A DNA stretch of 64,000 nucleotides from Eukaryota sp. GEM-RC1 (GCA_040285855.1 JAUFOQ010000017.1:558001-622000); one strand, 5' to 3'. Positions 24,321 through 34,832 are shown, numbered from the stretch's first letter. The notes: generated from the letters alone by a model not told the origin. Made by a program: numbers and translations.

Positions 24321-24380
24321 TAAATTGTGTTCTGAGTATGGTAAAGTTTTCAATGAAAATTTTTGGTTGAGTAGGTTAAC
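24321..24380 (+). repeat. 60-bp dispersed repeat, copy 2
   Basis: 55/60 identical to 7916-7975. Confidence 0.85.
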
Positions 24381-24605
24381 GTTTGCGTTGTTTCGTTCAA
24401 TGCACAGATATTTTAATTCAATTTTAGGTAAGTTGTTCGGTGATGGACAGAAGGATCTTAGTTTAGATAATTTAGTTAGTGTCTGTTAGTTATTAACTTC
24501 TGCAAATGCATTTATTTCACTGACTGATCATAAACCCCGTTTTTGAACTGAACCAAAGTGAAAAACTAATCTCCCATTTTCTTTCCTTTTGCTCTGCTTT
24601 ATCAA

Positions 24606-25116
24606 ATGAATCCCTATTTAGCATATACTGTCGCTGCAGCAGCATTGTTCTTGACGGCTTACATTCCTTCTCCTGCCATGAAAAATGTCCATACAGAATG
24701 GTATCAATGTATCAAGTTGCCCATCACGCCTCCCAACGCTGTTTTCCCAATAGTTTGGACAATTCTTTACGTTATCTTGGCCATACTCCTTGGACGTGTT
24801 TTGACAATGCCTTCCTCAAGAGAACGGACAAAAACTATCTACATATTTGCTGCCAATCTTGTTCTCAACATTCTCTGGACTTACACGTTCTTTGGACTAG
24901 GTTTCCTTTTTCTGGGATACTTCATTATTCTATTGCTGATTGCTCTCGGAATATGGCTTTTACTTCAGCTCAACACTCTTTTTGATACAGAAAACACGTA
25001 TTACAAAAATCAAGTTAGGTTACTTTGTTATTCCGTATCTTGTCTGGATATCCTTTGCTAGTTTTATTAATCTTGGTGTTGCATTGTTTAGACGAGAGTG
25101 TATAAAATTACATTAA
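24606..25116 (+). CDS. tspO: TspO/MBR family protein (about 169 aa after removing one A at 25005-25009)
   Basis: WYQCIKLPITPPNAVFPIVWTILY, NLVLNILWTYTFFG; the shifted frame gives IPYLVWISFASFIN. Confidence 0.88.
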
Positions 25117-25834
25117 TTATTTTAACCTATGATACTCTGCAAATGTCAAAAGTCATACAATTAACTGAAGGTTTGCTCCACGGTTCGAAAAAATATATTG
25201 CAATATATTTCTAGCATAAAATATGTACAATAAATATAATGGAGAATGTGATCATTGCAGTAAATATATTAGAAACTGAGATGACTGCAATAAATAATTG
25301 CAATATATTGCAATATTTTGGGTAAAATTTGGTTCGTGAAAATGTAAGAAATTGAGACGAAATTTACTGACTGAAAATCAACCACTAGTAGAACGGCAGA
25401 GCTTTTAGTCGGTTACCCTTTCAGATACATGTATCCCAGGTTTGTTATTGATAATTGCAAATTTGTTCTCATAAAATTCATTTCACAATCAATTTGAATC
25501 GAGTTCTATTTTGGTGATTTTCCTACTCCTGTTACAAAAAAAGGAAATCCAATGGTACAGCAGCATGTGTGGTCAAGAAGCTTGCCATTTAGTTAGTCTC
25601 ACAAGTATGTTCAGTAGGAGCATGAGAAAGGGTTTGGAGTTCCTTTTCTTTTATTCACTGAAACAGAAGGAACCGGTTCACCACCGAAAGAGCTAGGAAG
25701 TTAGTGTATGTGCACTCTAATTCCAAATTCAAGAAAAAAGCTAGTGTTAACAAAACAAAGCTACACGGCCATAACCAGAAAACGCCATGCACCTATGGCC
25801 ACACGGCACGCATGGCAGTAATGGTACAACACTG

Positions 25835-26108
25835 AACATTAGTGTTCAAAATCCCAGACCTTAAAAAAGTGCAAAAACACCAACGGTTTTAAGTCTTAAA
25901 AGAATTAAGACATGGATTACTCACTTGGAAAATGAGTGGATGTCTTTGGAACCGCAACTTTAATGCTGTTTTAAACATGATTCATATTGTAAATGAACAT
26001 GTTAGAGGGAATAGTAGAACAGAAGTTTTGAAGAGAAAATCTGCTACTAGTATTACTATAGCAGTGCTTTTTGTTCTACAAAAAACGGGGTTTATGATCA
26101 ATCAGTGA
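25835..26108 (+). pseudogene. Fanzor/TnpB C-terminal fragment (RuvC-III region)
   Basis: VQNPRP then RHGLLTWKMSGCLWNRNFNAVLNMIHIVNEHVRGNSRTEVLKR, matching the Fanzor pattern NPRP..HGLL.C..WNRD.NA.LN......G..RP..L.R; the catalytic D reads N (AAC). Confidence 0.8.
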
Positions 26109-26375
26109 AATACTAGTAGTAGTTCACTGTAGTGTTGTTATCCATAAAAAGTGTTTGTCAAAAAAAAGTACTACTGTGGTAAATCTTGAATCTATGAAGT
26201 TAGCTCGTCTTAAAAGACTTTGTGAATGAGGATATTTGTCTAATAATTTAGACATTTGTTCAAACTGTGAGTTTTGCTCTATATGAGATCATGAAAATGT
26301 GAAGGGTTATGCCCTTATGCATTTGGAATGAAATTCACAGTACTGTGGTAAATGAATGAGACTTGACTTTTATAG

Positions 26376-26830
26376 CAGAGTGATCAAACACGCGGTGTTA
26401 AGGATTTTGGTAGCGTGTCAACACGTACTAACACGTGTTGACACGCCAAACACATACTGACTTCATTTTGGAAGATAAACTTAGTCCCAGGGCTCATTAA
26501 AACTTGTGTGGTGGTATCGAAATACAGTACAGAGTGTTTATATCATGAAATAGGTCTGTCTCCCAATAAGAAAGTAATTCTTTTGGATTTTTGCCATATT
26601 TCTGAATATTCGAACCTTTATAAAGGCAGAAATTACCAACAATTTTTTCGAAACATACTAGACTGTGATTGAGATGAGTACTTTACTCACAGGTCAACAA
26701 AATACCAAAATAACACCAAAACTTTACGTGTTGAAATACTCCATTTCGGTGTTAAGGATTTCGGCAGCGTGTCAACACGTACTGACACGTGTTGACACGT
26801 GTTAATGTAAACACGTGTTTGCTCACTCTG
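26376..26830. mobile_element. hAT-type MITE with an internal 53-bp direct repeat
   Basis: TIR cagagtga(t/g)caaacacg; perfect TSD ttttatag (26368-26375, 26831-26838); repeat 26393-26445 vs 26747-26799. Confidence 0.92.
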
Positions 26831-26849
26831 TTTTATAGGCTATTAGCTG

Positions 26850-28235
26850 ATGTCTCAATCTCCTAATGTTCTTCACTTAAAGTTCGTTAAAGAACTCCCA
26901 GAGGTTCCCTGTCATATACTTTCTTTACGAAATCATGATGTATCTACCATTGACTTATCTTTCCAACAACTTCTTAACTCTGCTCCTTCTCATACTTCTT
27001 TCGTTGCCGTTGATACTGAATGGCGCCCTGAACGAGTTAAACGGGAAAACCGTCTAGATCTTCTTCAATTCGCAACTTCTGACTTCTGCATCATTGTTCA
27101 AGTTCATGGTCAAAATGTACTTCCCCCATGTGTCTCTACCATTCTCACTAATAAAACCATCCTTAAAGTCCTCAAAGGTCATGAGGAAGACGTAAGACGC
27201 TTTAAGGACTATTTTGGAGTTACAGTGTCCAACTTCTTTGACATTGGTGATATCTTTCGTGACATGGGTCTTCGTAGTAGACCTGATGTTGTAGACAGAG
27301 CTATCTCTCATCCACACGCCGTGTTTAGAAGCATTAATTATACTTCTGTTTTAAAAAAGAACACCAAAGTGACAATGTCAAATTGGTCAAATCTAACTTT
27401 AACCAAACCTCAGATTGAATATTCTGCATTAGATGCTTACCATATAGCTTTAGTCTATGGTAAGTTGTCTTCTGGGGATCTAGCCACCAGTTTCCCTGGT
27501 CAATGGCTTAAGAAAGAAAGCAGTTTTCAAAAGGGGAATGTTGTTTGTTGTCTCTCCACCTCCCCTTTTCCTTCTGTTTATGCTGTTTCTACTTATCTCT
27601 CGTCATTGTTTACTTCTTATGTGCACACTGTTTATGACAAATGTAGATCTTGTGGATTTAGTAGAGGTTGTTTCAACGGTATCGAACAATGTTGTCCAAA
27701 ACAGGAAGTTTATTTTCTTGCTGTTTGTAGAACTTGCCATGAAACCTTTGAATTTCCATCTGCTCTCAAAGATCATCTTCATGACGTCAACCCAATCAGA
27801 TCTAAAAAGGGTCTGACTGATTCTTCAAGAATTTGTCGTGATTGTGATGTACTTTTGACTAGTAATGATACCAAAATACTTTTGGCTCATGTACTTGGAT
27901 CTAGTAATCACGAGGACATACGTCAGCTGCTTTATAACTGTAAGATATTGAGCAAGAACTTTCAATTGCATAATGCATTGGAATATTTATTTCAAAATGC
28001 TGAAACACCTCCTCTAATTGAATGTTTTAAAAATCTAGAAAGAACTCAAAAACAATTCAAAGACTATTGTTTTGCTTTAAAAACTGCTGAACAACAAGAA
28101 GAAATGATGCAAGTACTTCAACAAGTTCAGACTATTTACGATTCTATTTTACCAGAACAAAGACAAGGTAAACATAGAACAAGCAGTGTTGGAGGAAATA
28201 GACGGGGAAACAAGGGGAAATTCAAAACTAAATAG
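26850..28235 (+). CDS. DEDDy 3'-5' exonuclease (WRN/EXD2/MUT-7-like) with C-terminal Cys/His zinc-finger-like motifs
   Basis: ExoI VAVDTEW, LLQFAT, ExoII HEEDVRRF, MSNWSNLTLTKPQIEYSALDA (ExoIII); CRTC..HLHDVN and CRDC..HVLGSSNH. Confidence 0.88.
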   Translation: MSQSPNVLHLKFVKELPEVPCHILSLRNHDVSTIDLSFQQLLNSAPSHTSFVAVDTEWRPERVKRENRLDLLQFATSDFCIIVQVHGQNVLPPCVSTILTNKTILKVLKGHEEDVRRFKDYFGVTVSNFFDIGDIFRDMGLRSRPDVVDRAISHPHAVFRSINYTSVLKKNTKVTMSNWSNLTLTKPQIEYSALDAYHIALVYGKLSSGDLATSFPGQWLKKESSFQKGNVVCCLSTSPFPSVYAVSTYLSSLFTSYVHTVYDKCRSCGFSRGCFNGIEQCCPKQEVYFLAVCRTCHETFEFPSALKDHLHDVNPIRSKKGLTDSSRICRDCDVLLTSNDTKILLAHVLGSSNHEDIRQLLYNCKILSKNFQLHNALEYLFQNAETPPLIECFKNLERTQKQFKDYCFALKTAEQQEEMMQVLQQVQTIYDSILPEQRQGKHRTSSVGGNRRGNKGKFKTK

Positions 28236-28275
28236 GATCTTGAATTTTTAAATAATTTAAATATTTGATTGATGA

Positions 28276-29036
28276 TTATTCCTCCATGAGAACAACAGAT
28301 CGTTCGGCTCTTCTACCTTCTGAATGTTTCATAACAAAAAGGGCCAATCATAAACCATTTTCTTTCCTTTTCCAGGATCCAATCCAAAAATAGAGCTCAA
28401 ATTGACCACGTCAGCAGGCGCTCGTAAATCAAAAGGATCACGCGCTCCACTTGAGAAGAAGCAATGTTTGCCTTTACTAATTGACAATAAAGATCCAACG
28501 TTAGCAGTGAATTGTATCCTTGGTTGAGAATAAGAGGAATCCGAATCAAACAATAACGGGTAGTACTTGATTTCAAAGCAAATTCCACGTGAAAGAGCTA
28601 GTTTGACTTGAGTATGTTTGATGAAGAAGGGCAGACGTTGAGAGAAGTCAAGAGAAATGACGTCAACTTCGAGATCTCCACAGGCAAGACGGAAGGCATC
28701 TTCGGTTCGGGGTTCAACAGCTACGATGTCAAACTTTCGTAGACCTGAGGAGGCGGTATTGAAGAAGTGAAGATGGTTACGGGATTCTAAGGAGATGGTG
28801 ATACGAGAATAGATTTTAACAGGATGGGGATGGAGAGAGTCAGCCTGAGCTTGGTAGAATGATGATATTGGCAGAGGTTGAACTATAGAATGGGGAGTAG
28901 GAAGTTGTGCTTTTGCTGTTGGTTTAAATGGGGTATCAATACAGACAGCATCATATCCAAACAGCTGATGCTGTGATATAATTTTAGCGATATCAGATTG
29001 AGGTAGATCTGCAGAGATGGACAAATCTATGAGCAT
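28276..29036 (-). CDS. RPP30: RNase P/MRP subunit p30 (Rpp1); C-terminus restored by one base at ~28336-28340
   Basis: YSRITI, FDIVAVEP..EDAFRLAC.DLEVDVISLD, ALSRGICFEIKY, SSGARDPFDLRAPADVVNL. Confidence 0.92.
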
Positions 29037-29132
29037 TGAAATTTGTAATGTCACTAACATGTCAAAGTGTCTACAGTGTTTCATGTCTATTTGATTGTTG
29101 TGCGTTCTCTGCTTTAAACATTACACTACTCC

Positions 29133-30098
29133 ATGAAGACTATCCTATTAGTGCTGTTCGCTGCCCTTTTTGTAATATGCAGTTCTGAAGAGACCATTTC
29201 CATGTTCGGGTTCGAACAACCCTGGATCACCACGGCTTCGCAACCTTCTAAGGCTAATGAATCTCCTTCTGTCTATGAAAGTTCCTGGTTTAGTACTAAC
29301 GAATGGGATGATGATGACGACGATGATAGTGACTATCAATCTATGTATGACTATTCCGACTTTACTGGAGATGATGACGACGAAGATGATGATGATGATC
29401 AGTCCTGCGATTGTGAAGAAGACGAATCAATTGACTTCGATGGTGAAGAAGACGAATCTGAAGAAGACTTAGATGATGATGAAGACGATATCGATTGGTC
29501 CCAAGTAGACCTTACGTCGGTGTATGCATCAATCGCACAGTGGCTTCAGCAAAATCAATATTCTGAGCCAGTCAACAATCCATCTGAACCTACATCTTCT
29601 CCATCATCTCCTCCCACTAGTTCGCCTTCACCACCTACTCTCCCTCTGTATGATGAATGTGAAGATCCATCTAATCCACCCATCAACATTTTTCAACTTC
29701 ATCACTTTCCTGACGGCCCACTTCACGAAGGAGCACTTCTCCACGTTGGAATCTGTCATGTAAAATCACGCACATCTTCTTCCACTCCCTGCATAGTTGA
29801 AGGTTCTCTTACAACTTGTGATGCAGATGGAGCTGAATCTGACTCTGCCATTGATTTTCATTTCTGCCCTTCTGCTCAGGCTGTTGGCTTCCTTTTCAAA
29901 GCAGGAAGTGAGGTTATTGGTGCAGCTTGGGATCGTGATGACAAGCCCATTGGTGCTTCTGAAATGGATTCGCTTGATGGTCTTTTCGGTATCTCAGCAC
30001 CTCCTTGTACTACAATGAAACGATTCACCTTAGCCGGAAGTGATATTAGAGTAAGTACTATTAAGTTGTGGCGACATTGTGAGTTCTATTGCAAATAA
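29133..30098 (+). CDS. Secreted protein with an acidic tract, a Pro/Ser linker and a Cys-containing C-terminal domain
   Basis: Signal peptide MKTILLVLFAALFVICSS; D/E-rich residues ~55-120; globular C-terminus. Confidence 0.7.
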   Translation: MKTILLVLFAALFVICSSEETISMFGFEQPWITTASQPSKANESPSVYESSWFSTNEWDDDDDDDSDYQSMYDYSDFTGDDDDEDDDDDQSCDCEEDESIDFDGEEDESEEDLDDDEDDIDWSQVDLTSVYASIAQWLQQNQYSEPVNNPSEPTSSPSSPPTSSPSPPTLPLYDECEDPSNPPINIFQLHHFPDGPLHEGALLHVGICHVKSRTSSSTPCIVEGSLTTCDADGAESDSAIDFHFCPSAQAVGFLFKAGSEVIGAAWDRDDKPIGASEMDSLDGLFGISAPPCTTMKRFTLAGSDIRVSTIKLWRHCEFYCK

Positions 30099-31090
30099 AT
30101 TCGTAATCACTTCAGTTGTTTGTTGTGTTCTCTATTCAAGAATCTAACATTTAGTTTCGATTAATTCAATGATTGCAAACAGTTCCAATGGTCCAAGTAC
30201 TAGTCTTCAGCACAGACATCTTTGCATATACAAATTGGTTTACAAAAACTTTAAAATGAAATTGATTCCACAAACATTGTGAGCGACATCACCGTATCTG
30301 TTAGTTCTTGTGGGACCAATATTTTGTTGAAGCCATAGGTTGGAAAATATGTTTGGTACTGTCACAACAATAACATAACAAGAAAGTACACGGAAATAGC
30401 TTATTTCAACAGTTTAGATAATGAACTACCCAATTCTGAGACTATTTAGATAGTAGGTGCTTTTTGTAGATAAATATTGATACTAGTATGCGAAACTTGT
30501 GTTTTACCCAGCGTGATCAATTTTCGGAAATGTGCATAATCTGCGGTAATTTATCTCAGCCATTCTAAGCTTACGTTTCTTGTCTTTAAAAAGTTCTTCA
30601 AAATCGTTAGGAAATTGATCACCAGCAGCACTAATCGACTCAAATTGCGAAAAAGCAAAAGATTGAAACACACACTTGGAACATGATTGTTGATTTATTT
30701 ATTCTACTTCAGAGTCATACTTGGAATGATAATAATATAATGTCTACAAAACATAAAGATATGTGGCGTGCCAACAACTCGTTTGTTCGAGAAGCAGAAC
30801 AACCGTAATTGATTTCTGATTTTCCAATTTCCTTCTTCCTTAAAAATAATGAACTCTAACTTATGTTTTATTGCAGTGATTTCAGAGTGTTTAACTTTAA
30901 AACTTTTTTCCCACTAAAAGTGTCAGTACTACACACACAGGCCATAAACCAGACAGTATTTTTTGGGCCATCATTTTGTGGAAGAGGATCTAGTTATTTG
31001 CCCCACAATATACACGCACACTGTACAATGTACGTGCTACTAATACATTGCTTGAAGTATTCACTTTATTTTTAATTCCTTTTCGCTTAA

Positions 31091-31637
31091 ATGGCACTTC
31101 CTGGCTCTCTTGTTGGACAATGTAGGAGCTACTTGGACCTCAAGAGCAACACAGATCCTAAGTCTTTTCTAGAAGGTGCGGTTGCGCAACACCCAAACAT
31201 CAAAGTATCTTTTGAGAGTGCGACTCGCAAAGATGTACAATGGTTCAGCGAAGTCTGGGTGAACAACAAAAAGACAGGTCAAGGACCTGCCTCGAAGAAA
31301 AAACCACTCACTATGGGTTGCATCTGATAGCTCACTGCGTCATCTACTAAACGAACACTCTAATCACACTGTTGAAGAAAAGTTCTTAGAGATTATGCGG
31401 AAACATAAGGGTCCGTCATATGTACTCTTAGAAACCTTCAAAAAGCATAACCTAATATCCCTGAGAACTCGATCTCAGCAACTAAGGAATACCACCGTCA
31501 CAACTGTCAGGGTTTTCCTTGAAGTTGACGGACATTCCAGTTTGCTGGTAAAATCAGAGGGAAACTCTTCTGAAGCAGCTTTAACACAAGCTGCTTATGA
31601 AGCAATAGGGCTCATTTCTACTTCGATTGTTAAATAA
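31091..31637 (+). CDS. Double dsRNA-binding-domain (dsRBD) protein, frameshift at ~31300-31317
   Basis: DPKSFLE..WFSEVWVNNKKTGQGPASKK and GPSYVLLE..VKSEGNSSEAALTQAAYEAI; a stop-free linker frame joins the two ORFs. Confidence 0.6.
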
Positions 31638-32342
31638 ATTGTATTGTATCTTTAGTTAATTCATGTTTTCATTTTCAATCGTTTACGAAAAATAATCGAT
31701 CAGTTTTTTGATTTTCTATCTGTCAATTTTGATAGGGTCAGACTTAAATTGGAAAGGCCCAAAGGTCATGTGTAATAGTTTTTGTGGTGCCATTTAGTGT
31801 ACGTTCTGTGTTACCACAATTCACTGAAATTGATGTCACTAAGGTTAATTGTGGGGTGAAAATAAAATCCTATTAAGAAGTTCTGCTCGAGTTTTGTACA
31901 GTTCATTAGTCAATTTGACAAACTACTGAAGAAATACTTCAATACTGAAAATTAGATCGGTACACGGTAAACTTAATTTACTGTCACCTATACGAATAAA
32001 GCCAGTGGAAAAAGGATATATCCGAATTTAGTCGTAACCAAAATAATACTAAGTACCAGTCTAGAAACAACTCTTTTACTACAGATCCAAGCTGAACCAC
32101 GCACTCTGCGTTTTAACCTTGAGATTACCTTACACAGTATTTTCGAGCTACTGATCCGTCAAATTCAAATTCACTCAACGACAAATTTCAAATATTAATA
32201 CTACGAATTATCTGTTAACTCCACTCCGATATTCCTTACAATGAAATAAGCCTAGCGGCAAGACAAAGATTGATACATACCAATAAGAATATGCTATAGA
32301 AAGCGAGAAAGAACAAAGACATGTATGAGTTAGTTCAAACTA

Positions 32343-32891
32343 TCACAGAGCTAGAGTACAAAAATGATCAAAAGAGAATCTCAAATCGTCTTCTGAGATT
32401 ACTACCTGTTTTTGGAACTTCACATCAATATTATCATAAACAAACTCTTCAATAAATCCCTGATGATTGATACAGATAGAAGAATTTGGTCCTTGAAAGA
32501 GATCACACCCAGAACGTGATTTCTGGAAATTAAATGACTGATCAATAATCATTGATTTCAAAAACTGGGAAAGCTCTTTGCCTGCCGCTAGATCTTCATG
32601 ACAAGAGTTGTCCATCACTTTAACGAAGGCTTTTCCCTCAAAGATCAAATAGTACAACTCAAACGATGGAGAATGTTGGTAAAGACGCAACTGTAGAAGA
32701 TCAACGACAAACAAATCATTTCCTGAACGAGCACTAAACACCAAATGTTGATAAGGTAATCTCTTCTGTAGTATCGGTTCTCTATTTGGCCACCAAAAGG
32801 ATACAGCTATGACACAGAGAAGCTTAATAAACATTGAGAATATGCAGATGTATAAAACAAGTTTCTTGTTTGAACGTAGTATTTTAAGCAT
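32343..32891 (-). CDS. Hypothetical protein with an N-terminal signal/TM anchor
   Basis: 182-aa ORF, hydrophobic N-terminus, divergent from YTM1. Confidence 0.5.
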   Translation of the reverse strand: MLKILRSNKKLVLYICIFSMFIKLLCVIAVSFWWPNREPILQKRLPYQHLVFSARSGNDLFVVDLLQLRLYQHSPSFELYYLIFEGKAFVKVMDNSCHEDLAAGKELSQFLKSMIIDQSFNFQKSRSGCDLFQGPNSSICINHQGFIEEFVYDNIDVKFQKQVVISEDDLRFSFDHFCTLAL

Positions 32892-33059
32892 ATAAATGAA
32901 GCAAAGATCAATGTCCTGGTCAATTGAAACGAAACAGAAGATATCCTGTGTTCACACACAAACACATTGAAAGCCATCGAGACACATCCATGGAGCTCTT
33001 ATTTATCATATGAATCATGGATCTGATGTCTAAAAGTTTTGAAGAAATTGTCTCCCAGA

Positions 33060-34223
33060 ATGACCAACAGCATTCAGGTTCAGTTTGTCACAACTGACTC
33101 TTCTATAGATGTCCCATCTGACTCTTTTAGACTTCCAGCAGCTTCTACTTCTGAAACACTGTCGGAACTTATCAATTCTCTATGCCCTACCAATTCATGT
33201 CTTACTTATGCATTTACTTGTAACAATGTCTTAATTCAATCAGATCTAGACCAATTCATATCTCAATACACTTTATCCTTGGAAGAATGTCTGACTCTCA
33301 ATGTATTTGTGCCTTCTCATACTCCTGAACCTCAAGAAAGCTTCCCACATCCCGATTGGGTTTCTTCTCTGGTTGGTGTTTCATCTGTTTCATTTCTATC
33401 AGGTTGTTATGATGGTTCAGTTCATCTGTGGACGAATGGCAAGTCTATAACAGCCAATCTTCACCAAGGCGTTGTCTCTGGACTCGACGTCTTCAACCAT
33501 AACTCATCTCTTTACATTGCTTCTGCTGGTAGAGATGGAAAAGTCTCAATGTCAACAGTAAACGAGACTCAAATACAGGAAGTTGGTGTAATGATCAACC
33601 ATCCTAATGCTGTTGAATGCCTTGCCATTGCTCCAGGAGGTTCTCTCCTCACCACAGGCTGTTGGGATTCCACTGTCCGAATCTATCCCTTCATAGACGA
33701 AGACCAGGGTGAATTCGAACGTGACGCTCTCGTATCCTTTGAAGGACACTCTGCAGCTGTCAGTTGTGTGGAATGGAAGGTGGAGGGAAGCATTCTGTCG
33801 GGGAGTTACGATCAATGTTTACGAGTTTGGGATGTTGCCACTGCGAATTCCTCGGCTCAGATCTATTCTTCTGCTGCTGTCTTTGATATAGCTTCATTAG
33901 ATAGACTCGTTGCTCTTGCTCTTTCTGATACTAACCTTCGAGTTTACGATCTCCGAAGTGGATCTGCAACGTCAGCATTGACCTTCACGTCACCAAAGAC
34001 CAGTGGAATATGCACCAACTGCCTTTGGAAGGACTCTGTTACTCTTGTTAGTAGTCATTACGATGGATTAGTTAGAGTTTGGGATACAAGGGGAAAGAGC
34101 AAGATACCAGTAGCTGTTGTTCGTGATACTGCTGATTTAAACAAAATATTTGGTCTTGATTTGATTGACAATGTTTTGATGTACGGTGGTGATGATTCTA
34201 AGGTGTCTACTGCCAAATTTTAG
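33060..34223 (+). CDS. YTM1: Ribosome biogenesis WD40 protein Ytm1/WDR12
   Basis: NLE-like N-terminus (IQVQFVT..LSELINSL), PHPDWVSSL, SGCYDG, multiple WD repeats. Confidence 0.9.
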   Translation: MTNSIQVQFVTTDSSIDVPSDSFRLPAASTSETLSELINSLCPTNSCLTYAFTCNNVLIQSDLDQFISQYTLSLEECLTLNVFVPSHTPEPQESFPHPDWVSSLVGVSSVSFLSGCYDGSVHLWTNGKSITANLHQGVVSGLDVFNHNSSLYIASAGRDGKVSMSTVNETQIQEVGVMINHPNAVECLAIAPGGSLLTTGCWDSTVRIYPFIDEDQGEFERDALVSFEGHSAAVSCVEWKVEGSILSGSYDQCLRVWDVATANSSAQIYSSAAVFDIASLDRLVALALSDTNLRVYDLRSGSATSALTFTSPKTSGICTNCLWKDSVTLVSSHYDGLVRVWDTRGKSKIPVAVVRDTADLNKIFGLDLIDNVLMYGGDDSKVSTAKF

Positions 34224-34250
34224 TTTTTTTAGAGTTTTTTAATAATACAT

Positions 34251-34832
34251 TTATTCTGTTGAGTTGATGTTGAAATCAAATGATGATGGTATCGAACTTA
34301 GTTTTGAACTCATGTGTGCAAGTGTTTGAGATAACATTTCCTCGAACTCAGTATGCATGTGATCTATTTTAGTATTTAACTCATGGATCTCGTCGTTTTT
34401 CTCTTCAATAATAGAGTCTTTCAACCTCAGTTGGTCATCATAGTGAGCCTTTTGGACCTCTAGTTCGTCCCGTAGATCTGCTGTTTCAGCTTGAACTTTG
34501 TTTAAATGAGTAATAAGTTCGTCTTGAAGAGATTTGTACTGGCGAGTCATATTGGAAGTGATATCAAACCTATCTTCTTTCTGCTTTTCGAAATCTGAAT
34601 GATATGCTAGAAGTTGTGCTCGTAAGTCATTCTGGGCAGCAATGGATTTCGTCAGCTGCTCTGTTTTAAGTGCAAGGAGCTTTTGGAGAGATTGTATTTG
34701 AGTTGTAGCCTGTATAAGTTTCTGGGCATCAGTCATATCACCAGTTGGTGTTTCTTCCTTAACCTTTTTGGCTTTGGAGCCCTTTTTGCCTTTCTTACCC
34801 TTAGTACCTTTCTTACCCTTTTTGGCAGGCAT
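34251..34832 (-). CDS. DRC12: Coiled-coil protein CCDC153 / dynein regulatory complex subunit 12-like
   Basis: Lys-rich N-terminus MPAKKGKKG, DITSNMTRQYKSLQDEL, MHTEFEEML. Confidence 0.72.
   Translation of the reverse strand: MPAKKGKKGTKGKKGKKGSKAKKVKEETPTGDMTDAQKLIQATTQIQSLQKLLALKTEQLTKSIAAQNDLRAQLLAYHSDFEKQKEDRFDITSNMTRQYKSLQDELITHLNKVQAETADLRDELEVQKAHYDDQLRLKDSIIEEKNDEIHELNTKIDHMHTEFEEMLSQTLAHMSSKLSSIPSSFDFNINSTE

Larger units (their letters stand above)
24515..26110 (+). mobile_element. TA-flanked TIR element (Tc1/mariner-type ends) carrying TspO and a Fanzor 3' remnant
   Basis: 30-bp TIR tttcactga(c/t)tgatcataaaccccgttttt (29/30); TA at 24513-24514 and 26111-26112. Confidence 0.72.

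Noticed and set aside
32813..32830. U6 snRNA ACAGAGA box
   Set aside because: It lies antisense within a CDS and lacks the downstream AGC triad and ISL
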